Positions 37,515 through 49,900 of a DNA stretch of 64,000 bases are shown here, one piece after another (position 1 is the stretch's first letter; the number at the start of each line of letters is the position of its first letter). The position numbers were made by a program, and so were the translations under genes. Source of the DNA: Eledone cirrhosa. Taxonomy: Eukaryota. The stretch is from positions 346,394,001 to 346,458,000 of the forward strand of contig OZ024741.1 of the NCBI GenBank assembly GCA_964016885.1. Direction: 5' to 3'. The notes below the pieces were generated by a model, which ran no database searches, was not told the origin of the DNA, and was given only the letters and a program-made list of their open reading frames with translations.

Positions 37515-40500
37515 GTTGAAAGCGAGGACATTCAAACAAAGGGGAGATTTTTGAAATGAGCACATTTTGCGTGCCAGAAGATTTGCTTCTGGTCCGAATG
37601 TCACTCAATTCTTTCAAAGAAATTCGAGAGAGCTTTCCTCAAGACGTGGGAAACCCGAATGTGAAACCCACATCAAGACTTTTAAAGGGGTTCCCAAAAG
37701 AAACCCCACCAACCATGGAGGTCGAACCACCCGACCTTCACAAGACCCGGGAGGTAAGTAAACCTTCCCTCTCTCTCTCTTAGCTTACCAATATGGCCAT
37801 ATTAAGAGTAGGAAGTTTAAATGTTCGCGGCCTGGGGTCACCCTGGAAGCAGGGTCGCCTGCTCAACGACCTCCGGTCGCTGGAAATGGATGTGATTGCC
37901 GTAAGCGAGACCAGAATTTCCGACACGCGTGCACTAGCCCCCATTTTCAACGACTATCAGATCTTCGCATCTGTTAGCAGGCCGGGAATGGGGGGTGGGG
38001 TGGCAGTGCTGTTTAGGAAAGGACTGGATCTCGAGGTAAGGTCGATCTTCCGGGACCCGGACGGTAAGTTGTTGGTCTTGGATGTGAGCAGTAGCGAAGG
38101 TGGTGCCTTTAGACTGCTGGCCGCCTACGCCCCTACAGGGGCCGGACGACCTGACTTCTTTAGGCGCCTGGAGACCTTTCTGGGTACGTCTCGCCCTTTA
38201 CTGTTAGCGGGGGACTGGAATGGCATCTTAGACGCACGCTTGGATTGTGTGGGAGTAGCCGATAGGAGCGGGGGTGCAAAAGCCTCAAGCACCTACTCAG
38301 CCAGTTCCAACTGTCTGACAGGTATCGACTAGATTTCCCCAATGTGCCAGTATGGACATGGACCAACCGAATGGGGTCATCTAGATCGTATATAGACAGA
38401 ATCTTCATTAGGAAAATAGATAGAAATAGTGTGGGCTGTCCACTTTTTAAAACGGTCGCCTATTCAGATCACAAATTTGTGATCTGTACGGTCGACCTAA
38501 ATAAAACGCGTAGGTTAGGACCGGGTTACTGGAAGCTGAACATGTCATTTCCGGCACGTAAGGCTTACAGGGACCGAGTCAATAAGTTAGTTAAGCAAAA
38601 GTTGACAGGGGGGATCATCAACAACAGATGGTGGGGAGCTCTCAAAAGAGAGATTAGAGTAACTTCGATAGAGTTCAGCAAAGAACTAGCGTTAGAGAAA
38701 AATAGAAAGGAGGGGAGCTGGTAGATAAGTTAGACGAGGCTTTTTGTAGTGGCATCGCAACTGACGTGCTAGCGGCGAGAATGGCATTAGACCATTTCTT
38801 CAATGCCAAACACGAAGGTTGCATTGTCAGAGCTAAGACGCGTGCGCTGAGAAACGAGGGAACTAAAGCTGTTCGATGGGCCCGCGTGGTGGAGGCGCAG
38901 CGTGGTAATAAAACCACAATTCGGTCTTTGGCGGACCGAGACGGACATGAGATGAGCGATTCCAAGCGGATGTGTGAGGCCTTTCGCTAGCACTTTGCTC
39001 GGTTGTTCGGGGAGAGTGGCGGGTCAGAGAAAGTAGCGGATTTCAGTCCCTACCTTGACGGCTTGCCGCGCATCTCGACGGTCGACGCTGAGCGCTGCGA
39101 AAGGCCGATTACTTCAGCCGAAATTCAGGACGCCCTTGTCGGCTGCATGAGGCGCAAGTCACCAGGCTTGGATGGCCTGCCCTACGAGCTTTACGTAAAT
39201 ATGCCAGACATGTTCTCCGAACTCCTTGAAGCACTCTACTGTAACTGGCAGCAGAATGGGAGTATTCCCAGTTCTGTGAGCTGGGGAGTGGTGACGCTGA
39301 TAAGGAAAGACGAGAACAAGAGGGATGCATTAGACAACTTCAGGCCCATAACTCTGCTCAACACAGAGTTTAAGATTTTGGCCAAGGTGTTAGCAAAGAG
39401 ATTGGCGCTTGTCGTCGAGGATTTGGTTGGGGAGGCGCAAACTTGCGCAATCCCAGCCAGGTCCATACACGACAATCTCCACCTCATGCGATACATCATA
39501 GAGAGGGTAGGGTGTAAACCTGGCTTCGGTGGGGCACTGATCAATTTAGATCAATCGAAAGCATTCGATAGGGTCGACCATCGGTATCTGGAGTTTGTCC
39601 TCAAAGCAGCTGGCTTCGGCCCTGTCTTTAGAAGCTGGATCGTTGCAATGCACAGCGGCACACGCTCGGTGGTCAAAGTTAATGGCCACCTCTCGGAACC
39701 ATTTCGGCTCTCCCAATCAGTCTGTCAAGGGTGCCCTCTCTCTTCCCTTCTGTACGTATTGACTCTCGAGCCTTTACTGCGGAAGCTGGAGCTGTTGCAG
39801 GGCATCCCGCTCAAACCGGGACGTGGAAAGGCGGTGTCGGCTTATACGGACGACATCACCGTGATGGTGTCGAACACCTCAGAAATCGAGGTGGTCGGCA
39901 CCTTATTGAAAGAATATGAAAGGTTGACAGGAGCTAAACTTAACCCGGAAAAGTCGGTGGGCTTGCAGCTCGGAACCTGGAGAGGCAAGCCCATGCCGTC
40001 CAACAGCGTCGTGGGGCGCTGGACGGACGGACTAGTAAAGTTGCTCGGGGTTTGGTTCGGACCAGACCTCCAGGTGGAAAAGAATTGGGACGAGGTAATG
40101 AGCAGAGTAGCCAGTCTCACCCAAAAATGGGCTGGGAGGCAGCTATCACTGAAAGGTCGCGCGGAGGTGGCGAATGCGTACATCGCGTCCGTCATCTATT
40201 ACCGCCTAACCGGCGTGCCTTGCCCCCGTCCGCGCCTCGTCAAGTTGGAACGGCTCCTCTTCAAATTCTTGTGGAGGGGACAAGTTCCGTTCGTGAGGCG
40301 GTCCATCTGCTGCCAGCACCCTCTACACGGAGGGCTGGGCATGCCGTGGCTAATGATGCGCAGACATGCGTTGAGGCTGCGAGATCTCCAGATATTCTGC
40401 CTCAATGGTGAACAGGTGTGGTCGCCGTTTATCAGACGGGCCTTTCCGCAGCTCATTTCTTTGACTGAGCTGCAGTCCTGGGTCAAGAAGAGACCGAGAC

Positions 40501-41487
40501 TGGGTGACTGGCACCTGGAATGTTACCAGGCACTCACTGCCCTCTACCAAGCGGGCAATGCGATCAGTGGAACTTCCACTCTCGAGTTTTATAGAGGATT
40601 AGTGGTGGGCAAGTGCGATGACGCACTCGGAGAAGCTTTGGGCCTCGACGAAGTCGAACTGACCAGTCTGTACCGGAGGACTTTTGAGCCGGGGACGATG
40701 GACAATTTCCAGAAATCCCTCGCTTGGCAGTGCTACCGGGGGGCACTGCCGGTTCGGGATAAACTCTACAGGCACAGAAGTGCTGTCAGACAGACCTGCC
40801 CAAGATGCGCACAGAACGACGAAACCGTTCTGCACGCACTTGTCCAATGTCCGTGCATTACTGACTTGTGGAGTTATGTCGAACAGCTACTGTCGCGTGT
40901 GGAACGAATCCAGTTATCGGCCGAGTCCATAGTGAAGATCGAGCCGCCACCTTCCTTAGGTCAGGAAGAGCAGGACATTTCCCTCTGTCTGGTGGCAGTT
41001 GCGAAAGAGATTATATGGTGGACCAGGTTGAAAGGACTAAAGACAGACACTTTTCTCTTCGGCCAATCCCTCATCAACTTCTTCAAGTTTCACCTGGAAA
41101 GGAGGGTGAGGGTGGAGAGAGAAGTGCTGCCCCCCAGTACATTTGCTAAAAGGTGGGTGAATGTGGCAAGAATGGCTCGTGTGAATGGGCCTACTCTGAC
41201 CATGCGCCTATAGGCTAGCTAACTTGAGGAGAGGGGTGCTCTCCTGGGTGCCCTAGAAGCGCAGGGTGGTTCAGGATTGGTGGGGTACCCGAATCACCCC
41301 AGGGTCGTCCACCCCCTATCGGGGAATTTATTTTGTTATATTTTGCATAGTTTATTTTATATTTTACATTTTCATTGTTAAATTAGTCTTGCCATTGTGC
41401 ACATTTACTCGACCTTATTGTAAATCCCCACTGTCCCTGTCTTTGTATTGTCCCCTACATGTCGGCCCTTGTGGCTAATAAATGAAA

Positions 41488-41489
<2 letters not shown>
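37515..41489 (+). mobile_element. L1/Tx1-clade LINE, copy C (only the last part of ORF1 remains), with (TTA)n tail
   Basis: ORF1 end FPQDVGNP (copy B has FPEDVGNP); ORF2; AATAAA at 41477. Confidence 0.93.
37793..41213 (+). pseudogene. Tx1 ORF2 (APE, RT, C-terminal Cys motif); two frameshifts and one stop, last 736 aa open
   Basis: RVGSLNVRGL, AAYAP, GDWN, YSDH, NFRPITLLN, LDQSKAFDRV, QGCPLS, AYTDD, CPRC..ETVLHALVQC. Confidence 0.94.

Positions 41490-41546
<57 letters not shown>
41490..41546. repeat. (TTA)n separating LINE copies C and D
   Basis: Directly visible. Confidence 0.98.
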
Positions 41547-41761
41547 GCCGACCTACGTAGTAAATCGTATCATCGTGAGCTCCGCAAACGTTTGTTATTT
41601 TCAGTTGTTTAAAATTGCCATTTATGGAAACCTTTTATTGTTAACTGTATATAAGTGCACATACATTGATTTCTGGAAAGGACACTCAAAAATATTGGGG
41701 CCTTGAGCCCAAAATTTAAACTTTTTATAATTATCAAACAAAAATTTTTCTTTGAAAAATC

Positions 41762-43580
41762 ATGGATGTCTCAGAGTCACTCCTTCCTCACACTCTAACA
41801 CTTCACACCGACACCACCATTGTAAATATTGCTACGTTTGCCAACACTGGAAATCTAAGCAGTAGCAAATTTTAAATTTGTCTCAGGCAGACGTTCATTT
41901 CCCGCCATTACCAATGACTGCAGGTGTTAAAGCCGCCACCACCACCACCACCGCGACAACCACCACCCCCACCACCACCACAGCGACAACAGAAACAAAA
42001 GAAAAAAATAAATTAACTCGTGATATCGAAATGAATTCAACCAAAATGAACTCTTCTACACCGAACACCACAACTGAAACTAAAATTAGCAATAGCAAAA
42101 ATAACGATAACAACAACAGCAACAATGAAATTAAGAAAACTACCCTGAGTTTTGCCAGAGTAGCAAAAACGTGCGAAGCGATCCAGGTAACTCAGGAGGA
42201 ATTAGAAGAAGCCAAAGGAATGGTAAAGAAAGATGGGTACAGGGTCAGCCTCACTCCCCCCACACCTAATAAAATGGAGCAACGTCGCCTATGCACCGTG
42301 TCTTATCGGACAATTAACATAAAGTCGCGCCGAGTGGAACGAGCATCCGAGTCCAAAATCCAAAAAGCTTTGGGACATGTGTGGGCAAAAAACCCCCACA
42401 TCAGACGTGGGCAGAAGTATGGAACCGTGGATGTGTTCTTTCAAACACCACAGGAGGATAGAGAACACTCCATGGCTCCATTAAGAAGTGACGACTTCAC
42501 ACTCGTCCCAAGCTATTGTGGCCAGAGACTTTTGAAGATCAGGGTGACCCACGTTCCACCGGCCATCGAAATTCCCTGGCTAATGGCTGCCGTCCTCGCC
42601 GGCATCGAAGCCAACACCAACATAATTGAAATAGCGAAAGAAAAGCAGGAGAACTGGTCCGGATCTGGGATGGAGCTCCTGATCCAAGCGGACCATAAAC
42701 GCATTGAGGAGATCCCAGAGGTAATATACCTCACTGACGGCAGCCACCTCTCTTACCCACCCCAGTGACTCAACCATCAACACCACCAGCAGCAGAAATG
42801 GCAGAAACAACTGTAGCAGCAACAACAGAAGCAACTGTAACAGCAACAACCCCAGCAACAATAGCAAAACCAACACCATCACCACCTAACGCGCCAGATC
42901 TAGCACCAGCGCCTACACCATCCACCACGCCACAACCAAAACCAAAGCCTGTGGAGGATTTTCCACTCCCCGGCTTATCACAACTGGAGACAGATTGTGA
43001 CGACGAGGAGTGGGAAACGGTATCAGGAAAAAATAAAAAATAAACCAAAAAAGAAAAAATTCTCTTCCAAAAACAAAATACAGAGGGAAACAAATAAATC
43101 ATCAAACAAAAAAGTTAGGACAGATATGCCACCATCCATACCAGCATCACCAACCCCATCACCACAAACACCAACACCATCACCATCATTAACCCCAACA
43201 CCACCATCACCAACACCAGAAAAGTCACCAAAAAGCGTAACAGAAACAACAAACGCAAACAAAACAAAACAACCAAAACGATACACACTACACAGCATTA
43301 AATTTGAACAACAACCAATTATTACACTACATGCAACACAACACCAGCATCACAGAAAAAAGACTACACAACAACCCAAAAGTTCACACCACCTCCACAC
43401 ATACAAATCACTCGCATCACACAGAAAACGTTCATGACACTAAAACAAAAATTCCCCAAAGTCATCGGAGACTTCCGACAAACACACTCCAGGAGGATTT
43501 CTAAGGACATCCTTCCGGAGGAGGCCACAAGCAGTGAAAAGGATGGACAAACCATCCTTCCTCTACGAGAAGTAAGGTAA
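41762..43580 (+). pseudogene. Tx1 ORF1, disrupted; zinc knuckle region apparently deleted near 42755
   Basis: IVNIAT (copy B has VVNIAT), SFARVAK, LVPSYCGQR (copy A has FYPSYMGRR), IEEIPEVIYLTD followed directly by the Pro/Thr tail. Confidence 0.78.
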
Positions 43581-43614
43581 GTGGTCTTTCACATCTTTTC
43601 CACTCCATTTCAAC

Positions 43615-46232
43615 ATGACCTCACTCAGAATAGGCAGCATAAATGCGCGTGGCTTGGGGTCGTCATGGAAGCAGGGCCACCTGCTCAACGACCTCAGGTC
43701 ACTAAACATAGATGTAGTGGCTATCAGCGAGACCAGAACTCCGAAGCACGGGCCTTCGCACCGATCTTCGGCGGCTACGATGTGTACGCATCTCCCAGCC
43801 GTCCGGGATCGGGGGGAGGAGTTGCTGTGCTTTTTCGGAGAGGTTTGGATCTCGCCATACGGGCCATCTTCCTGGACCCAAAAGGTAAGTTGGTGGTGCT
43901 AGACGTGACCAGCGGAGACGGGCAAGCTTTCAGGCTAGTGGCCGTCTATGCCCCGACAGGAGCAGGGCGGCCTGATTTCTTCCGGCGTCTGGAGACCTTT
44001 CTTGGAACGTCCCGCTCATTAGTGTTAGTGGGCGACTGGAACGGGATCTTAGATGCACGCTGGGACTGTGTAGGATTAGTGGATAGGGGAGGAGGTTGCA
44101 AGAGTCTCATCAACCTGCTCAGGCGTTTTGAACTGTCTGACAGGTACCGATTGGATTTCCCGAATGTGCGAATGTGGACTTGGACAAATCGCATAGGGTC
44201 ATCCCGAACATATCTAGATAGAGTATTTTGTAGGGAAATAGATTGGTCTAGCATAGGCTGTCCACAATTCAAGATAGTCAGCTACACGGACCACAAATTC
44301 GTGATCTGTGTGCTTGACTTAGATAGGCTTCATACTGGAAGCTAAACGCGTCCTTACCAGCGCGCAAGGCCTACAGAGACCGGATTAGCGAACTATTTAA
44401 GCGAGCGTTGACGGGGGCCATCGTCAACAACAAGTGGTGTGCTCTGAAAAGAGCAATTAGAATAGAGTCCATTAGGTTTAGTAAGGCTTTAGGAATAGAG
44501 AAAAATAGAGCAGAGGGAGAATTAGTTAGAAAATTAGACGAGGCGCTTAGCAAAGGCATCGCGACCGACGTACTTGCGGCGAAATTGGCCCTTGACCAAT
44601 TCTTCAATGCAAAGTCGAAGGCTGCGTTGTCAGAACTAGGGTGCGTGCTCTCAGACCCGAGGGGACGAAAGCCGTTCAATGGGCCCGAGTGGCGGAGGCG
44701 CGTCGTGGCAACAAAGCCACGATCCGGTCTTTGGTGGACTACGACGGGCGCATGCTACTCGATCCCGGGCAAATGTGTGAAGCTTTTCAGCGACACTTCG
44801 CTCAGTTGTTCGGGGGCAGCGGCGGGCCGGATCGAGGGATGGACTTTAGTGTCTACCTCGACGGACTGCCGCGGCTCTCGGTCACTGAGGCGGAGTGTTG
44901 CGAAAAGCCGATAACAGCCGCTGAAGTACGGGAGGTAATGACTAGCTGCACAAGAATCGCCTGGTTTGGATGGTCTGGCCTATGAACTTTACGTACATAT
45001 ACCAGACTTGTTCGGAGCCCTCTTGGCGGACGTCTATTGCAACTGGCAACAGAACGGGAGAATTCCTAGCTCTGTGAGCCGAGGAGCTGTGACGCTGCTG
45101 AGAAAGGATCCGAACAAGGGGGATAACATAGATAATTTTAGGCCCATAACATTGCTAAACACAGAGTTCAAGATTTTGGCCAAAGTGCTAGTAAAGAGGT
45201 TGGCGCTTGTCGTTGGTGGTCTGGTGGGAGAACGCAGACATGCGCCATTCCCGACAGATCCATCCACGAGAACATCCACCTCATGCGATACATCGTAGAG
45301 AGGGTAGCTAGGGAACCTGGCACGGGTGGGTCCTTGATCAATTTAGATCAATCGAAAGCTTTCGATAGGTTCGACCATCGTTACCTAGCGGCAGTCCTGA
45401 GGGCGGCTGGCTTTGGGCCCGTCTTCAGAGGCGGGATCGCTGCCATGCACAGCGACATCTGCTCTGTGGTGAGAGTGAACGGTCACCTTTCGGAACCGTT
45501 CAACATCATGCACTCGGTCCGCCAAGGATGTCCCCTCTCGTCCCTCTTGTACGTATTGACTCTCGAGCCATTACTGCACAAACTGGAGACGTTGAGAGGG
45601 GTCCCGCGAGAACTAGAATGCGGAAGATCCGTGTCAGCATATGTGGACGATGTCACCGTAGTGGTGTCGAACGCCAAACACATCGAGGCGATCGGCACTG
45701 CACTAAGAGAATACGAAGCGGTGACATGAGCAATGATCAACCAGGAAAAGTCAGTGGGCCTGCAGCTCGGCACCTGGAGAGGCAGGTCCATGGCGTCCAA
45801 CAGCGTCGTCGGGCATGTCCGAGATGCGCGCAGGGCGACGAAACCGTCCTGCACGCACTCGTCCAGTGTCCGAGCATTGCTGACTTGTGGGTTTATGTCG
45901 AACACATGCTGTCACGTGTAGAACGGATCCGTCTATCAGCTGAGTCCATCGTGAAGATTGCCCCGCCCTCTTCCTTTAGCTGGGAAGGGCAGGCAGTTTT
46001 TATCTGTCTGGTGGCCATGGCGAAAGAGATAGTATGGTGGACACGTTTGAAAGGGCTGAAGACGAGCACTTACTTCTTCGGTGATGCCCTGATTAACTTT
46101 TTCAAATTTCATTTAAAAAGGAAAATCAGGGTAGAGAGGGAAATGCTCTCTTCCCAGAATTTTGTTGAAAGATGGGTGAGAGAAGCAAGTATGGCCCGTT
46201 TGAATGGGCCTACTCTGAGTATGTGTCTGTAA
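43615..46232 (+). pseudogene. Tx1 ORF2 (APE plus RT), frameshifted, with about 0.8 kb deleted near 45814
   Basis: RIGSINARGL, AVYAP, GDWN, YTDH, LDQSKAFDR, VRQGCPLS, AYVDD. SNSVVG is joined directly to CPRCAQ. Confidence 0.92.
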
Positions 46233-46447
46233 ATTAAAAGTGGAAAACTGGGAGAGGGCACTTGCCCTGGTGGTCAGGGTCACTGTGGCCTTTTAATGGG
46301 CTTTCTCCACAAATGTCTCTCGGAAGTCTCCCCCCTATTGGGGAATTTTTCATTGTTATTTTTTAGTACATCCTCTGTTTTTTTACACGCAGAAATGCCC
46401 ATTTGTACCGTACTGTTTTGTCAACCCTTGTGGTTAATAAAGAAAGC

Positions 46448-46473
46448 ATTATTATTATTATTATTATTATTAT

Positions 46474-46530
<57 letters not shown>

Positions 46531-46572
46531 TAGTAGCATTAGCAGCAGTAGCAGCAGGAGCAGCAGCAGCAA
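46448..46572. repeat. Compound (TTA)n/(AGT)n/(AGC)n microsatellite
   Basis: Directly visible. Confidence 0.95.
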
Positions 46573-46969
46573 TGGTAGGAAATAAACCTATCTGGTATAC
46601 GTGATGAAAGGCGTTGGGTGAAATTCTCTGAGAATAATGACACGAATTATGATTGTCAACATGTTATACGTCTTATAATTTGATCATGGAAGACAGGCGG
46701 AATTAAACAGAGCTGCGAGCTGAATGGTGTGGTCAGTTGGTTGCCGATCACCTGCTTGAGAACAATCTTTGATTTAGACACAAAATTTGCTTGCAGACAA
46801 AATATAAATATTCCGATTTATTAATGATTGTTTATTTCTATGGAAGTTAGATTAATATTATTCAGTTATATATTTTATTTCGTATTATTAGTTGTTTCTT
46901 TTTCTTACTGGCAACATTTCGTCTGGGGTGGAAAGTCTGTCGTAGATTTGGCCTTTATTTTATATGATA

Positions 46970-49900
46970 CTAGCAGAGGCACCTGGCTTTGCCAGGGATT
47001 GAAATTGTTCCTTATATATTAGAAGAAAAAAAAAAAATTTGTTGTATAGAAATTTGTTATTCGAAATTCAATTTATTCTTCAATTGGGATACATGATGAA
47101 ATCAATTCTGAATTCTTAAAACGAAAAAAAAAATAAAATAATAATAATAAAAGACAAAAATACAAAATTTACCACTCTTTTGAAGGGAGATAATTCTATC
47201 ACGTATGTTGAAAGAAATTACGTAAGAGCTTCATGGTAAACAACATTTTTTCTTTTCTGGTTTGTAGCATAGACATATAAGTCTTGTAAACTACCCACCC
47301 TGAAGGAACCAACATAAAGTTGACCATGAGAAAAGCAAAGTTCAATTAAGTGCAAGCCACTAGATTTTAAAGTCTGACCTTGAGCTTTATTGATAGACAT
47401 TGTGAAGAAAAGTCGCACTGGGAATTGTGTTCGTTTGAACTCAAATGGCATGTCTGTTGGTTTGATTGGAATTCTTGGAATAAAAACATCTTCCACAGAG
47501 ACACCTCCAGTGATGATGGTAGCTTATATCACATTAGATAATAATGGCTTCACAATAAACCTTGTCCCATTGGATAATTTAGGAGAATCTAAATTTCTTA
47601 AAGCATTGTTGGGACTCCTCCCTTCAGAAAAAGTTTGTGGAGGAGTTCGAGGTGGCTCAAGAGAATTAAGGAATTCTGTTGGTTAGTGGACAGCTTGATT
47701 TTCATTAAGGACTGAATCAACTAACTTGTACTCCTTAATGACTGTTGGAATCTTATTCATTAATTTATGGTTAATCCTTGCTACCGTCTCTCAGTTTTTA
47801 GAGCAAGAATTTCCCTTTCACACAACCATTTATGTGAATTATAATTATTAATTAAGTCTGGAAATACCCTGTTTTTCAATTCAGCTGGGGAATTCCCCAT
47901 GATAGCAATATGAGCCGAATTGATAACACTATTCCCATCAATTGGTACTTTCCCATTTCCTAATTGGGGGTGCTGGGTTGAAGACTGTTCTGCATATTGG
48001 TCCCCATGCAATTAAACTCGCATGTTAGTATTGAAGGAAAACTTCTGTACTTTATGCATGATTTATTTCATCACCTCTTGTTCCTCTCGGAATGACTGGT
48101 AATATCTGTCTGAAGTCACCTGATAAAACAAATGTATCTCCTCCCATATATTTATTGTTGCCCCTTATGTCCTTAAGGTTTATCAAGAGCTTCCATTGTA
48201 CCTCTATGTGATATGGTGCATTCATCCCAAATGATCAGGTAGCATTGGCGCAACACTTCTGCTGAATCTGAACCTTTGCTTATGTTAAAATTGGACTGTC
48301 ATTTGTTTAGCGGTAATTTAAAAGTTTAGCGGTAATTTAAAAGCAGAATGAGCTGTTTGTCCTCATGGGAGAAATGTAGCAACAGTGCCAGACGATGCTA
48401 CAGAAACTGCAATTCTTTTTTGTTGCCTTACCTCGGAGAGAAGCAATGTTGGTAAAAATGTCACCAGGAAAATCGAGAAAGAAAACCACTTTTTTTCTCT
48501 GACAGACGAAATAATTTTATCATATGCACAGTGTTGTTCTGGAAGGAGTTCATTCTCCTTCACAAATGCAGCCAACTATGTAATGTCATAATTTATGTCT
48601 CTTGCTATGTTTCTTGAAGTTAAATCACTAATTTGACTGTTTGCGTTGCCAAAATTTGATCCTCAATTTCAATCAGTGCTTGGTTAAACATTTTTTCAGA
48701 GAACCGAATATTGATATCTGGGTTTTCCTTTTGAACTGCATACTCTATGTCCTCGGCCATGTCCTCACGATGTTTCCTCCAAAGCTGTAGGGACTGCGAA
48801 GTTGTCACATGTTCAGCATAATTACAAAAAGGTTATGGAGGATCTGACACTGATGCTTCAGTAAATGCAAGGTCCCAATGATCATCATTTTCTAAAATAA
48901 ACTTGTTGATAGCATGCTTCCCTATAAGTTTAACTCACAAGACCATTTACCCTCCTAAAATCTTCGAATGATTTGGCACTACGTACTTTATGCAAAAGGA
49001 GCCGTAAGTAGTAGCATTCTGCTTGGCTTGGGTGGACACTGTAAATTCTTTCAAGAGCGTCAGTCCCACGTTTCCTTTTGTGCTATTTAATGTTTCTCCA
49101 GGTGTAATACTTAGGTAATTCTAGGTAAAGTAGCTTTCTTGCATCTTCATCTTATTGAAACAACTCAAGAAAGGCAGTAAAGGTAGTTTCCTTTGGAGAA
49201 AGTGCTTATTGCAAGGCTGTTTGTAAAGATAACCCTTTGGCCATTCTCTAGATGGACACTCAGATGAATGAGAGCTGGGTGCCTCTCATGAATGGGAAAA
49301 TTGAAGATGCGGCAAAAAGCCTCATTGTTATTGATGTATCTTTCTCTCTCATACTGTGCAACTTCCTCATTTTTATTTATCTGCTGACTACCAATCGGCA
49401 TAAGAGTGTATGTTGAAACTAAACTTTTTTGTTTATATATTTGCAAACATACTGAATAGACTTAAGAGAGTTGCAGAATTAAACATTGATATGGGCTTTG
49501 AAAGTGTTTGTAAGAAGAGGACAATAGGGTACAAACCACCGACTGTCAATGATGAATTATTACCCATTTAACATTATTTTCGAAGGGAATCCACCATGGC
49601 CTGGTTTTCGTCCCCTGTAAAAGGGGGTAGCTACCTTCTCCAGTTTGGATTTCTTGTATAGAGGGACGTGAGTAGTTCTTGGTACACTTATTATCTTGGT
49701 ACACTTATTATCCCTCGTACATGGGGAGGATGGATTAATTGAACCACAGGGCCCGTGAATCATTTGGAACGTGACAATTTTATACAGTAAAGGATCTTGC
49801 TGTAGATCAGGCAGTTCAGCTGAGTTAAATACATCAATATCATGTGGCAGAAGTTTTTCATGTAACCAACTCAAACTGGGGACATGTGGCATTTCTCGTT

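Larger units (their letters stand above)
41547..46447 (+). mobile_element. L1/Tx1-clade LINE, copy D (internally deleted), (TTA)n on both sides
   Basis: ORF1 about 41762-43580; ORF2 43615-46232; AATAAA at 46436. Confidence 0.92.
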
